A stretch of DNA of 59,789 nt from Bacteroidota bacterium (GCA_037445875.1 JBBIJR010000010.1:1-59789); one strand, 5' to 3'; positions 10,405-17,903 are shown, counted from the first letter of the stretch. Notes: generated by a model from the letters alone, not told the origin. Made by a program: numbers and translations.

Positions 10405-10440
10405 CTAATATAAGGTATGTACCATAGTATAGAGTCAAGA
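10405..10440 (-). promoter_or_regulatory. MerR-type promoter/operator with over-long spacer
   Basis: The minus strand reads TTGACT (10433-10438), a 19-nt spacer ctatactatggtacatacc, then TTATAT/TATATT (10407-10413). The spacer contains an imperfect dyad ..TAC-tatg-GTA.. It lies about 55 nt upstream of the merR start. Confidence 0.55.
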
Positions 10441-10543
10441 GATTTTCCTGGGAGAGTTGCGCGAGACAGGCAGCCACGACGCACGAAGCCCGGGCAAAGG
10501 TCATGAAGGAGTGTGTCCGCTTACGGTGAAGAGACCCGGAACT

Positions 10544-11236
10544 TCAGATCACAAACGGAATGAAGCGTTTGGTCCGGGCGGCGTAGTCGGTATACGGGGT
10601 GCCGAACTCCTCGGTCGCCTGGCGTTCCTCCCGCAGGGACAACCAGACGTACGCGGCCATGAGAATCGGCCAGAGGATGAGGGTGGCGACCGACGGCCAG
10701 TGCACGATCCATCCGAGGGTGAAAAGGAACATGCCGGTGTACTGCGGGTGCCGCAGGTACCGATAGATGCCGTCTGTTACGAGGCCGCTCGCCCGGTGAA
10801 TCCGAACCCAGCCTGCGGCTACCAGCCCTAGTCCGGCCATGCTCAAAGCGGTTCCGGCGCTCGCCGTCCAGTGCCCGAAGATGCGACGGTACTCTCCGGA
10901 AATCGCCGGCACGTCGAGGAGCGGTGAAATGAGAAAAATGAACAGCGGCCAGCCGAACATTTCCGTCATAAGGGCAATCACGAAGGCCATGAACGCGCCG
11001 CGCGATTTCCATACGCTTTTGGTTGAGCGGCGGTACGGCAGCAGCGTCAGAAAGGCCAGCACGAGCACGATGTTCAACATGATGAGGCCGGCTTGCCCGA
11101 TCGTATCGCGAATCCAACGCACCGTAGGCGGCGCTCCGTGGTGAGGAAGCAATTCAATTCCGTAAATGATGACAAACAGCGCGATAGAAATCCAGCCCAG
11201 AAGCGTCCACCGCGTCGATGGAAGGTTATCATGCAT
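10544..11236 (-). CDS. isoprenylcysteine carboxyl methyltransferase (ICMT/PEMT)-family membrane methyltransferase
   Basis: 230 aa and multi-TM. The C-terminal signature is ..LVTDGIYRYLRHPQYTGMFLFTLGW..REERQATEEFGTPYTDYAARTKRFIPFV. Confidence 0.75.
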   Translation of the reverse strand: MHDNLPSTRWTLLGWISIALFVIIYGIELLPHHGAPPTVRWIRDTIGQAGLIMLNIVLVLAFLTLLPYRRSTKSVWKSRGAFMAFVIALMTEMFGWPLFIFLISPLLDVPAISGEYRRIFGHWTASAGTALSMAGLGLVAAGWVRIHRASGLVTDGIYRYLRHPQYTGMFLFTLGWIVHWPSVATLILWPILMAAYVWLSLREERQATEEFGTPYTDYAARTKRFIPFVI

Positions 11237-11248
11237 GTCACATCCCTT

Positions 11249-11683
11249 TCACGTTGAGAAGACGGTCTGGATAAGCACGGCGTACCTCAGGATTCGAAGA
11301 CTGAAAACGATCATGATGAAAATCGCCAGGCGGACGCGTGCAAGGCCGGCGACGATGGTGATCGGGTCCCCCACGATCGGCAGCCACGATGCGGCCAGCG
11401 TCCACGTGCCGTATTTCTCCATCCAGGCCAGCGACAGTCGGCCGACCCTCGTCGCCGTGAGCCGCGCGCGCATGCGATGGAAGAGAAGGGCTCCCAAACC
11501 GTAGTTGACCAGGCAGGCCGCGCAATTCCCGATCGACGCCCACAGGACGGCCTCCCACGGTTCGAGACCGAACGACACACCGGCGACCAGCAGGGTTTCC
11601 GAACTCACGGGCAGCATGGTGCCGGAGAGAAAGGCGCCGGCAAGGAGACCGGGCAGGCCGTAAGTCAGGATACATTCTTCCAC
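11249..11683 (-). CDS. YqaA/DedA-like (SNARE-associated) small membrane protein
   Basis: 144 aa with 4 predicted TM segments. Motifs include ..AGAFLSGTMLPVSSETLLVAG.. and ..WLPIVGDPITIVAG.. The stop lies 12 nt before the ICMT gene start. Confidence 0.6.
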   Translation of the reverse strand: MEECILTYGLPGLLAGAFLSGTMLPVSSETLLVAGVSFGLEPWEAVLWASIGNCAACLVNYGLGALLFHRMRARLTATRVGRLSLAWMEKYGTWTLAASWLPIVGDPITIVAGLARVRLAIFIMIVFSLRILRYAVLIQTVFST

Positions 11684-11876
11684 TCAGGCTCCCGCCAGGA
11701 GGAGCACGACAGCGACCGACCGGACGGAAACCGGGCCACGGAAACGGCTCACTCGAGCCAACCACCGATCCAAAAGGCCAGTGATCTTACACCTCACTGA
11801 TTGAGTTATCGTATAGCGGCTCGACACATCTTCTCCGCGCCGCAATCCGCACGCTGCCCTGTGCAAGGTTCTCCAG

Positions 11877-12803
11877 TTATCGGATGTCCGAGCGTCGGAT
11901 GATCGGCCGGTCCTGATCGAGGTCTTCCACCAACATCAGCGCACGCGCCGTTATCTTTTCGAAGACCCGCTTACGAATGTCCTCGTTGTGCTGAATGGCG
12001 GCTTCCTCCGCATGTAGTCGGTTTCCCCAGTAGTAGCGGTGCCAGACCAGCCCGAAGATCAGCAGGAAATCGACCGCCCGCCGGTCCGCCGCGGCTTGGG
12101 AAAGGAAATACGACGTGACGCCGTTGAGCGCCAGCGCATTCAGCCCGGCCGCCGGTTTGCCCGCGTAAACGTGCCCCGAGCCGGGAACGAACGTCGACAG
12201 CCACTTCGCCGCCCCCGGCGATCTGAAACCATCCTCGCGACGCACGGACGAAATATCGGTCTGGATCTCCTGGAGCGCGGAACGGTACAACGTATCCGAG
12301 CTGGTTTCTTCCTCTGCCAGCAGCCGTTCAACCAGCTTTGCAGCCGCTTCCCAGTTGTCCTGGTGAGCGTAGGTGGCCAGCAGCGACAGGGAGGCATGCC
12401 GTGCGACCGCTCGCGACGAGGACGAACGGCTCAACGCGAACAGCCCCATCATGCCTGCGGTGAAATCACCCGATTCCAGGAGGCTGAAGTTGCGATGATA
12501 CCGGATGGTGCCGCGAAAGGGCTCCGGCGCTCTGTCCAGTGCCTGATCGAACATCGCCGTGGCCCTGCGCCAGTCGTGGAGTGACGCATAAGCCAGGCCG
12601 CACTTGTAACACGCGTAGAACCATAACGGGCTCTCACGACCGAAGCAGATGAAGCGAAGGTACTCCGTAACGGCCGCATCCGAGTTTCCCTGGTCGGATT
12701 GGTATTCGGCCAGATCGAACGTCGATTCCAGATCCTGCGCGGCGATCCGGGGGACAACGAACAGGCTAGAAATCAAACCATATCGTAAGGCGCGTCTCAA
12801 CAT
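11877..12803 (-). CDS. TPR-like exported protein with C-terminal PGSGxxYAG membrane hairpin (copy B of a tandem pair)
   Basis: This is the C-terminal 308 aa of track ORF 11877..13832, starting at the ATG 12801-12803 (MLRRALRYGLISSLFVVPRIAAQD, signal-like). It has a helical TPR-like body, then ..SPGAAKWLSTFVPGSGHVYAGKPAAGLNALALNGVTSYFL..YYWGNRLHAEEAAIQHNEDIRKRV. It is a paralog of copy A. Confidence 0.6.
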   Translation of the reverse strand: MLRRALRYGLISSLFVVPRIAAQDLESTFDLAEYQSDQGNSDAAVTEYLRFICFGRESPLWFYACYKCGLAYASLHDWRRATAMFDQALDRAPEPFRGTIRYHRNFSLLESGDFTAGMMGLFALSRSSSSRAVARHASLSLLATYAHQDNWEAAAKLVERLLAEEETSSDTLYRSALQEIQTDISSVRREDGFRSPGAAKWLSTFVPGSGHVYAGKPAAGLNALALNGVTSYFLSQAAADRRAVDFLLIFGLVWHRYYWGNRLHAEEAAIQHNEDIRKRVFEKITARALMLVEDLDQDRPIIRRSDIR

Positions 12804-13616
12804 CTCCCAGCACCTTTTTTCGATTCGCCTCGTTGTGGTGCCGCACAGCAAGGACCGATCCGTACACGTTGCCGGCATAAAAGAACGCCCCTGCGGGTCC
12901 AAAAATCCAGCCGCGCACGCTGGAAGTTCCTTTCCGTGAGAACCCGTCGGCGGCCAGCAAGGCACAGCCGCTGACCACAAGAAATGAATAGAACACCCGT
13001 CCGCGGCCCGTCCGGCATACAGCTTACCGCTGCCCGGAAGCACCGCTGACATGACCCCTGCGACAACAGGTGATTTTGGTCCTCGCCTCCGGTACTGCGC
13101 GGCTTCCCGGGTCAACAGTTGCAAGCGATAGTCATCCGACTGAATTCGGCTTACCGAATCCCATTGCTGATCCTGCATCCATCTCAGCGCGCGGATCACC
13201 ATCGTTTCATTCCGAGCCCAGTTCTGCAGTGCCGTATCGGACTGCGTGCGCTGCATACGCTCCGCCCTTCCGGACCGCAATTCACACAACGCTTTCAGGA
13301 CGATCATGGAATCGTGCGTGCCCGGACTATGCGCGGTGCTCCCTTCCAGGTACGGCAGTGCTTGCGCCGGTTGACCGACCCGCCAGAAGCAGCGCGCAGC
13401 CTGGAGGCGTGCGTATGCTCCGCTCTCAAGACTGTCCAGATACATCAGGCGCTGATACTCCAGCAGCGCACGCCCGTATTCCTCGCGCTCCCACAGGTAG
13501 TCGGCAAAGGCCCGCACTTTCTGCGGCGTGAACTCGTCGGGCTGGGCCCATCGGGCTGCAGGAAGCGCAAGCAGTACGGCATGGGAAATGAGAAAGCTGC
13601 CGATGGTCCGCGTCAT
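12766..13616 (-). pseudogene. TPR-like exported protein, copy A of the tandem pair, frame-disrupted near 12996-12998
   Basis: Starts at the ATG 13614-13616 (MTRTIGSFLISHAVLLALPAARWAQP), which overlaps the YidD-like stop (ATGA). The frame reads up to ..SAVLPGSGKLYAGRAADG. The homologous continuation VFYSFLVVSGCALLAADG..FYAGNVYGSVLAVRHHNEANRKKV is in another frame (track ORF 12766..12996). One extra base at GACGGGTG would restore it. Confidence 0.6.
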
Positions 13617-14044
13617 GGTTTCAAATATTCTTCGATCGGATCCGGAAAGGGCGGAGAGTGTGTCATCGAAGGGTAATGGCGGTGCATGCCGGGAAGACCG
13701 TGGCAACGCAGCAGACGATCGCCCGTGAGCAACAGCCCCCGGACGAATCCGCCCTTGCGCACGGCCAGCGCGGAAAAACGGGAGCAGCTTGGATTGAAGT
13801 TGCACACCGAAAGGTCCTGCGCAGAAATCCATCGCTGATAACCGTTGATCAGGACGAGCATCGTCATCCGGAACTCGGAAGTCGCCGAGTCTCCTTGCAC
13901 GGCCGACCGTTCACCGTCGTACTTCATCGAAGACACGGGTTTCTCCGGCAATCGGTGGAGGAGTCGGCGGAAATCGGCCGAGAGGTTCTGGGCTTGACCG
14001 GCGGTCGGGGTCAAAGCCAGCAGAAGCACCAATCGACGGATCAC
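13613..14044 (-). CDS. YidD-like (membrane protein insertion efficiency factor / haemolytic-domain) protein with N-terminal signal-like segment and C-terminal extension
   Basis: Core motif ..INGYQRWISAQDLSVCNFNPSCSRFSALAVRKGGFVRGLLLTGDRLLRCH. The GTG start at 14042-14044 overlaps the upstream TGA (GTGA) and follows GGAAGGA. The N-terminus is VIRRLVLLLALTPTAGQAQ. Confidence 0.65.
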   Translation of the reverse strand: MIRRLVLLLALTPTAGQAQNLSADFRRLLHRLPEKPVSSMKYDGERSAVQGDSATSEFRMTMLVLINGYQRWISAQDLSVCNFNPSCSRFSALAVRKGGFVRGLLLTGDRLLRCHGLPGMHRHYPSMTHSPPFPDPIEEYLKP

Positions 14045-14754
14045 CAGTCCTTCCTCTCCACGATAGCGTCGGCGGGGATCGTAAAATAACGAACGTCGGC
14101 AGGCAGGGGTACGTTTATCCGCAGATCGCGAAGCTCGACTTTTTCGTATGACCTTCGTCCGTTCGTCCACAATTCCGTCAACATCGATTGCGGAAGATTG
14201 ATCGATGATGTCGTCACGTACGAACCGAACGACGTCCGGGTGCGAACGTCATTGGTCGGATCATCGTAGAGGCAGTAGGCCAATCGGCCGCCAACGTGGG
14301 CCAACTGGAACTTCCCGGGCCTCCCACCTCGCCGGTCGTTCGTCCAGAAGGTCACCAGCGTATCGCCCGTCATTTGTTGGTCAGCAAGTCTAAACCCGAT
14401 CATGCCCAGACCGTAATCCGGGCGCGTCGAGGCCAGAAGTCCGGTCACCAGCGGCAGCACCACGACCCCTTCGCTCGTGAGCACGAACGCTCGCCTCGAC
14501 CTCGGGTAGAAGATCGAGACTTCATTCTCCTGCACCACCAGCCACTGGTCGACGGGATAGTGGACCCGAAAAATGACACGACCGTCCGCGTAATACACGA
14601 ATCCTTCCGTGCTGTCCAGGCGGGTTCCTGTGTCGGTCGTCATCGTGAACCCGCTGCAGATCGTGGAGCTGTTTCCCTGCGCCCGAACGAGACCGAAGAA
14701 CACGCCCACCCACAACAGGATAACGGCCGCATACCTGACGATCACGGCGATCAC
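14041..14754 (-). CDS. hypothetical exported/anchored beta-rich protein
   Basis: Track ORF 14041..14829 trimmed to the GTG at 14752-14754, which overlaps the upstream TGA (GTGA) and follows GAGGAG. The N-terminal hydrophobic segment is VIAVIVRYAAVILLWVGVFFGLVRAQ. I recognise no family motif. Confidence 0.55.
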   Translation of the reverse strand: MIAVIVRYAAVILLWVGVFFGLVRAQGNSSTICSGFTMTTDTGTRLDSTEGFVYYADGRVIFRVHYPVDQWLVVQENEVSIFYPRSRRAFVLTSEGVVVLPLVTGLLASTRPDYGLGMIGFRLADQQMTGDTLVTFWTNDRRGGRPGKFQLAHVGGRLAYCLYDDPTNDVRTRTSFGSYVTTSSINLPQSMLTELWTNGRRSYEKVELRDLRINVPLPADVRYFTIPADAIVERKDW

Positions 14755-15218
14755 TGCTCCTCGGCGGGCGGGACCACCAGAGCGATAACCACGACAAAGG
14801 CCACGGAAGCCAGGGTACCGGCAACACACCCTCCGATCGCATTCTTCGTTTTAATGCCCTTGGCTGTTCTTTTGTAACAATCCGTATACGTCGCGACGTA
14901 CACCTCATCTTTGCCCACCAGGGGCGCAGCCGGTGGATTGCTCTCGACGGCCTCCGCTACCAGCCAGCCGACCACACCCCCCAGACAACCAATGAGAAAC
15001 CATGTTTGTCCGTCCACATCCGCTCTTGCCCTTACTTCGGCATCCGCACACGCATCATCCGGACCCGGGTAAGGACACACGGCGGGTGCGTGAGCGTAAG
15101 AAACGCCCGGCGTAACTGCAAGAACACACGCTATCGCATAGACCGTGACGGCCCGTGTCCAGCCGACACTAGTACTCCCGTCCGGCCGCCGTCCCGTGGT
15201 CGACGAAACCTTCGCCAC
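14751..15218 (-). CDS. small two-TM, four-Cys membrane protein (copy 2 of a tandem pair)
   Basis: 155 aa with a GTG start. It has a signal-like segment (..VYAIACVLAVTPGVSYA). The conserved core is ACADAEVRARADVDGQTWFLIGCLGGVVGWLVAEAVESNPPA..GKDEVYVATYTDCYKRTAKGIKTKNAIGGCVAGTLAS. Confidence 0.6.
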   Translation of the reverse strand: MAKVSSTTGRRPDGSTSVGWTRAVTVYAIACVLAVTPGVSYAHAPAVCPYPGPDDACADAEVRARADVDGQTWFLIGCLGGVVGWLVAEAVESNPPAAPLVGKDEVYVATYTDCYKRTAKGIKTKNAIGGCVAGTLASVAFVVVIALVVPPAEEQ

Positions 15219-15226
15219 TATTCCGC

Positions 15227-15618
15227 CTAGTTTTCTTCAGAGGAAGACAGCGCAATAGCCCAAAGAGCGGCGGACGCGACGGTTCCTACCAGACAGCCGG
15301 TGATCGCGTTTTTGGTCTTGATGCCCTTGGCGGTTTTCTTATAGCAGTCCGAATAAGAGGCAACGTATTGCTCGTCCTTACCAGGGCCGTTGCGGGTGGA
15401 TTGCTGTCCACGGCCTCCGCTATCAACCATCCGATGATGCCGCCCAGACAGCCGATGATGAACCACGTCCCGCCACTCACGTCCGACTTTGCTTTCAATT
15501 CCGCGTCCATACAGGCCGTACTGGTGTCCTGACCGGGTTCCCCGGCGTAGGCCCTTGAGATTTGTGAGGCAATAGGAGTCAGAAGCAGAGAAACTACAAC
15601 GGTGATCGCAACGAGCAT
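15227..15618 (-). pseudogene. small two-TM, four-Cys membrane protein (copy 1), frame-disrupted near 15381-15390
   Basis: Track ORF 15286..15618 gives MLVAITVVVSLLLTPIASQISRAYA..ACMDAELKAKSDVSGGTWFIIGCLGGIIGWLIAEAVDSNPPATAL. The rest (GKDEQYVASYSDCYKKTAKGIKTKNAITGCLVGTVASAALWAIAL) is in the frame of track ORF 15227..15871. Relative to copy 2 the DNA lacks 1 or 4 nt at ..GCCCTGGTAAGGAC.. Confidence 0.6.
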
Positions 15619-15803
15619 TCGTGCGATGGAGACTGCGAGTGAGAATCATGTCAGACCTCGATGGTTTGTTTTTAAGACTACGCCGGGCTAATGCCCCCTT
15701 GGAGCCCAATCTGGCGGATGGGAAATCAAGAGTCAAGAAGAATTTTGACACGCAGACGGAAACAGCCGATTTCCTTGCCGGAAATCGGGGGAATCGATCC
15801 CCT

Positions 15804-17144
15804 TCACAACAGATTACTTGCCAGTTCCGCCAGTGCGCTGCGCTCGCCCTTGACGAGATTGACATGGGCAAACAATTCCTGCCCTTTCATGCGATCCACC
15901 AGGTACGTCAAGCCGTTGGACTGGCTGTCGAGATACGGCGAGTCGATCTGATAGATGTCGCCGGCGAACACCATCTTCGTCCCCTCCCCCGCGCGCGTGA
16001 GGATGGTCTTCATTTCGTGCGGCGTCAGGTTCTGCGCCTCGTCGACGATGAAGAAAATCCGGTCCAAGCTTCGCCCGCGAATGTAGGCAAGCGGCGTAAT
16101 GACCAGTTTTTCGTTCTGGACCATTTCGTTGATGCGCGTACGCTCCGGGCTCTCATGCCCGAAGCGGTTCTTGATTACCGCGAGGTTGTCGTACAGAGGC
16201 TGCATGTACGGATCCAGCTTCGACTGCACGTCGCCGGGCAGATAGCCGATATCGCGGTTGCTTAGCGGCACGATCGGACGCGCGAGGTAGATCTGGCTGT
16301 ACAACTGCCGCTGCTGAAGCGCGGCCGCCAGCGCCAGCAGCGTCTTGCCGGTGCCCGCCTTGCCCGTGAGCGTCACGACCGGAACCTCGGGTCGAAGCAG
16401 GGCGTCGAGCGCAAACACTTGTTCCGCGTTGCGCGGTTCGATCGCATATGCCGGCTTCTTGACCACGCGCTCGAACGTCTTCTCCATCGGGTTGAAATGC
16501 GTCAGTACGCTGCTCGAATGGTTCTTGAAAATGAAATACTCGTTGGCCAGCGGGGTCTCGATGCCGCGCAGATCAGCGATGGGCACCTGATACGGCGTCT
16601 CGTAGAAACGGCGGATCAGATTGGTATCGAAATGTTCGTACATCTGCACGCCGGTGTACAGCGCATCGATGTTGCGGATCTTGCCCGTTTCGTAGTCTTC
16701 CGCGGGAATCCCCAGCGACTTGGCCTTCATCCGGAGACTGATGTCCTTGGTGATCAGGATGACCTCGGTGTCCTTCCGCGAATGCCGCAGTTGGTCGGCC
16801 AGGGCCAGGATCCGGTGGTCCGCCTTGTCATGGGCGAAGGCCTGCTCGATCAGCTCCGAGCGCGGGTGGCCCACTTCGACGAACAGCCGCCCGTGCTGCG
16901 GACTCAGCTTGACGCCCGTGCGGAACAGCTGATCTTTGGAGAGTTTGTCCAGCTCGCGGATGAATTCGCGCGCCTGAAAGTTGATCGAATCGCTGCCCTT
17001 CTTGAAGACGTCGACTTCCTCCAGGACCACGATCGGAATGACGACGTCGTGCTCCTCGAAGTTGTAGATGCACGTGTAGTCGTAAAGCACGACGTTCGTA
17101 TCGAGGACGAACACCTTCTTTTCGGGCCGGGTAGGTTTGGACAC
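15804..17144 (-). CDS. PIN-domain / PhoH-like ATPase fusion (PhoH2/YlaK type)
   Basis: 446 aa. The N-terminal PIN domain reads KKVFVLDTNVVLYDY..VIPIVVLEEVD. The PhoH P-loop is TLTGKAGTGKT, with Walker B FFIVDEAQN. The GTG start lies 6 nt after GGAGGA. Confidence 0.85.
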   Translation of the reverse strand: MSKPTRPEKKVFVLDTNVVLYDYTCIYNFEEHDVVIPIVVLEEVDVFKKGSDSINFQAREFIRELDKLSKDQLFRTGVKLSPQHGRLFVEVGHPRSELIEQAFAHDKADHRILALADQLRHSRKDTEVILITKDISLRMKAKSLGIPAEDYETGKIRNIDALYTGVQMYEHFDTNLIRRFYETPYQVPIADLRGIETPLANEYFIFKNHSSSVLTHFNPMEKTFERVVKKPAYAIEPRNAEQVFALDALLRPEVPVVTLTGKAGTGKTLLALAAALQQRQLYSQIYLARPIVPLSNRDIGYLPGDVQSKLDPYMQPLYDNLAVIKNRFGHESPERTRINEMVQNEKLVITPLAYIRGRSLDRIFFIVDEAQNLTPHEMKTILTRAGEGTKMVFAGDIYQIDSPYLDSQSNGLTYLVDRMKGQELFAHVNLVKGERSALAELASNLL

Positions 17145-17279
17145 GGAAAATCCTCCGGTTAGGGAAAGAGATTCGGTTCGCTCAGGGGATGTGCGTGAAA
17201 GGGAAGAAAGAAATCGAAATGGCAGAAGAACATTCTGAAATAAAGATAAGACAGAAGCCGGGAAAACGCAAAAAGAAAT

Positions 17280-17903
17280 TCAGTCCGGCGTCCATTGGCC
17301 GCTCACCGCTTCGTGCTTCGGGCAATCCACCCGCAGGTCTGTGCGTTTGAGCGGGATCTTGAACAACGTGCAGTAAGTTCGCTCCCTTCCTTCGCGGTAG
17401 AACCGGCACGTCGGGCACATCCGCTGGATGGCGAGGATGCCTGCGCGATGCAGATGCAGAATCGTCTGCAGCAGCGCCGCGAGGAGCGTCTCTTTTTGTT
17501 CGCGAGTCAGGGAGGCCATCGATGGCCGGAAGGCGTTGGCAAACATCGCGACGCGATGAACGGTCTTTCTCCCTTTGTCCGTAAGATCGAGAAGAAGACT
17601 GCGGGAGTCGGCCGCGCGCACCGTCTTTCGTATGAGCCTCTTTCGGTCGAGCACACCGAGGGCGTCGCTAATGGTTGCTTTGGTCAGGTTGAATTCCCGT
17701 GCAAGATGAGTGACCGTTCGCCGTTCCGGAGGATGAAAGTTCAGAAAGATCAGAAGCTGAATCTGGATGGGACTCAGACCGTGAACGCGCGCCTCCCTCC
17801 ACAGCAACACGCGGAACGCCTCCGAGATGCGTTCCAGGGCCGCTGCGATCTTGCTTTCGACGCTCTGCAGTTGGTAGCCGGGATCAAAGACCGATCGCGC
17901 CAT
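17280..17903 (-). CDS. MarR-family transcriptional regulator with C-terminal four-Cys module
   Basis: 207 aa with a winged-HTH core (..TVTHLAREFNLTKATISDALGVLDRKRLIRKT..DSRSLLLDLTDKGRK..). The C-terminus reads RMCPTCRFY..YC..VDCPKHE. Confidence 0.75.
   Translation of the reverse strand: MARSVFDPGYQLQSVESKIAAALERISEAFRVLLWREARVHGLSPIQIQLLIFLNFHPPERRTVTHLAREFNLTKATISDALGVLDRKRLIRKTVRAADSRSLLLDLTDKGRKTVHRVAMFANAFRPSMASLTREQKETLLAALLQTILHLHRAGILAIQRMCPTCRFYREGRERTYCTLFKIPLKRTDLRVDCPKHEAVSGQWTPD

Noticed and set aside
11877-13832. The 651-aa ORF taken as one gene.
   Set aside because: Internal paralogy shows two tandem genes. The middle segment and the first 72 codons (which overlap the YidD-like gene) are out-of-frame read-through.
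15227-15871. The 214-aa ORF taken as one gene.
   Set aside because: Only its last 55 or so residues are homologous to the neighbouring paralog. The upstream part overlaps the PhoH2 3' end and the true N-terminus lies in another frame (15286..15618).
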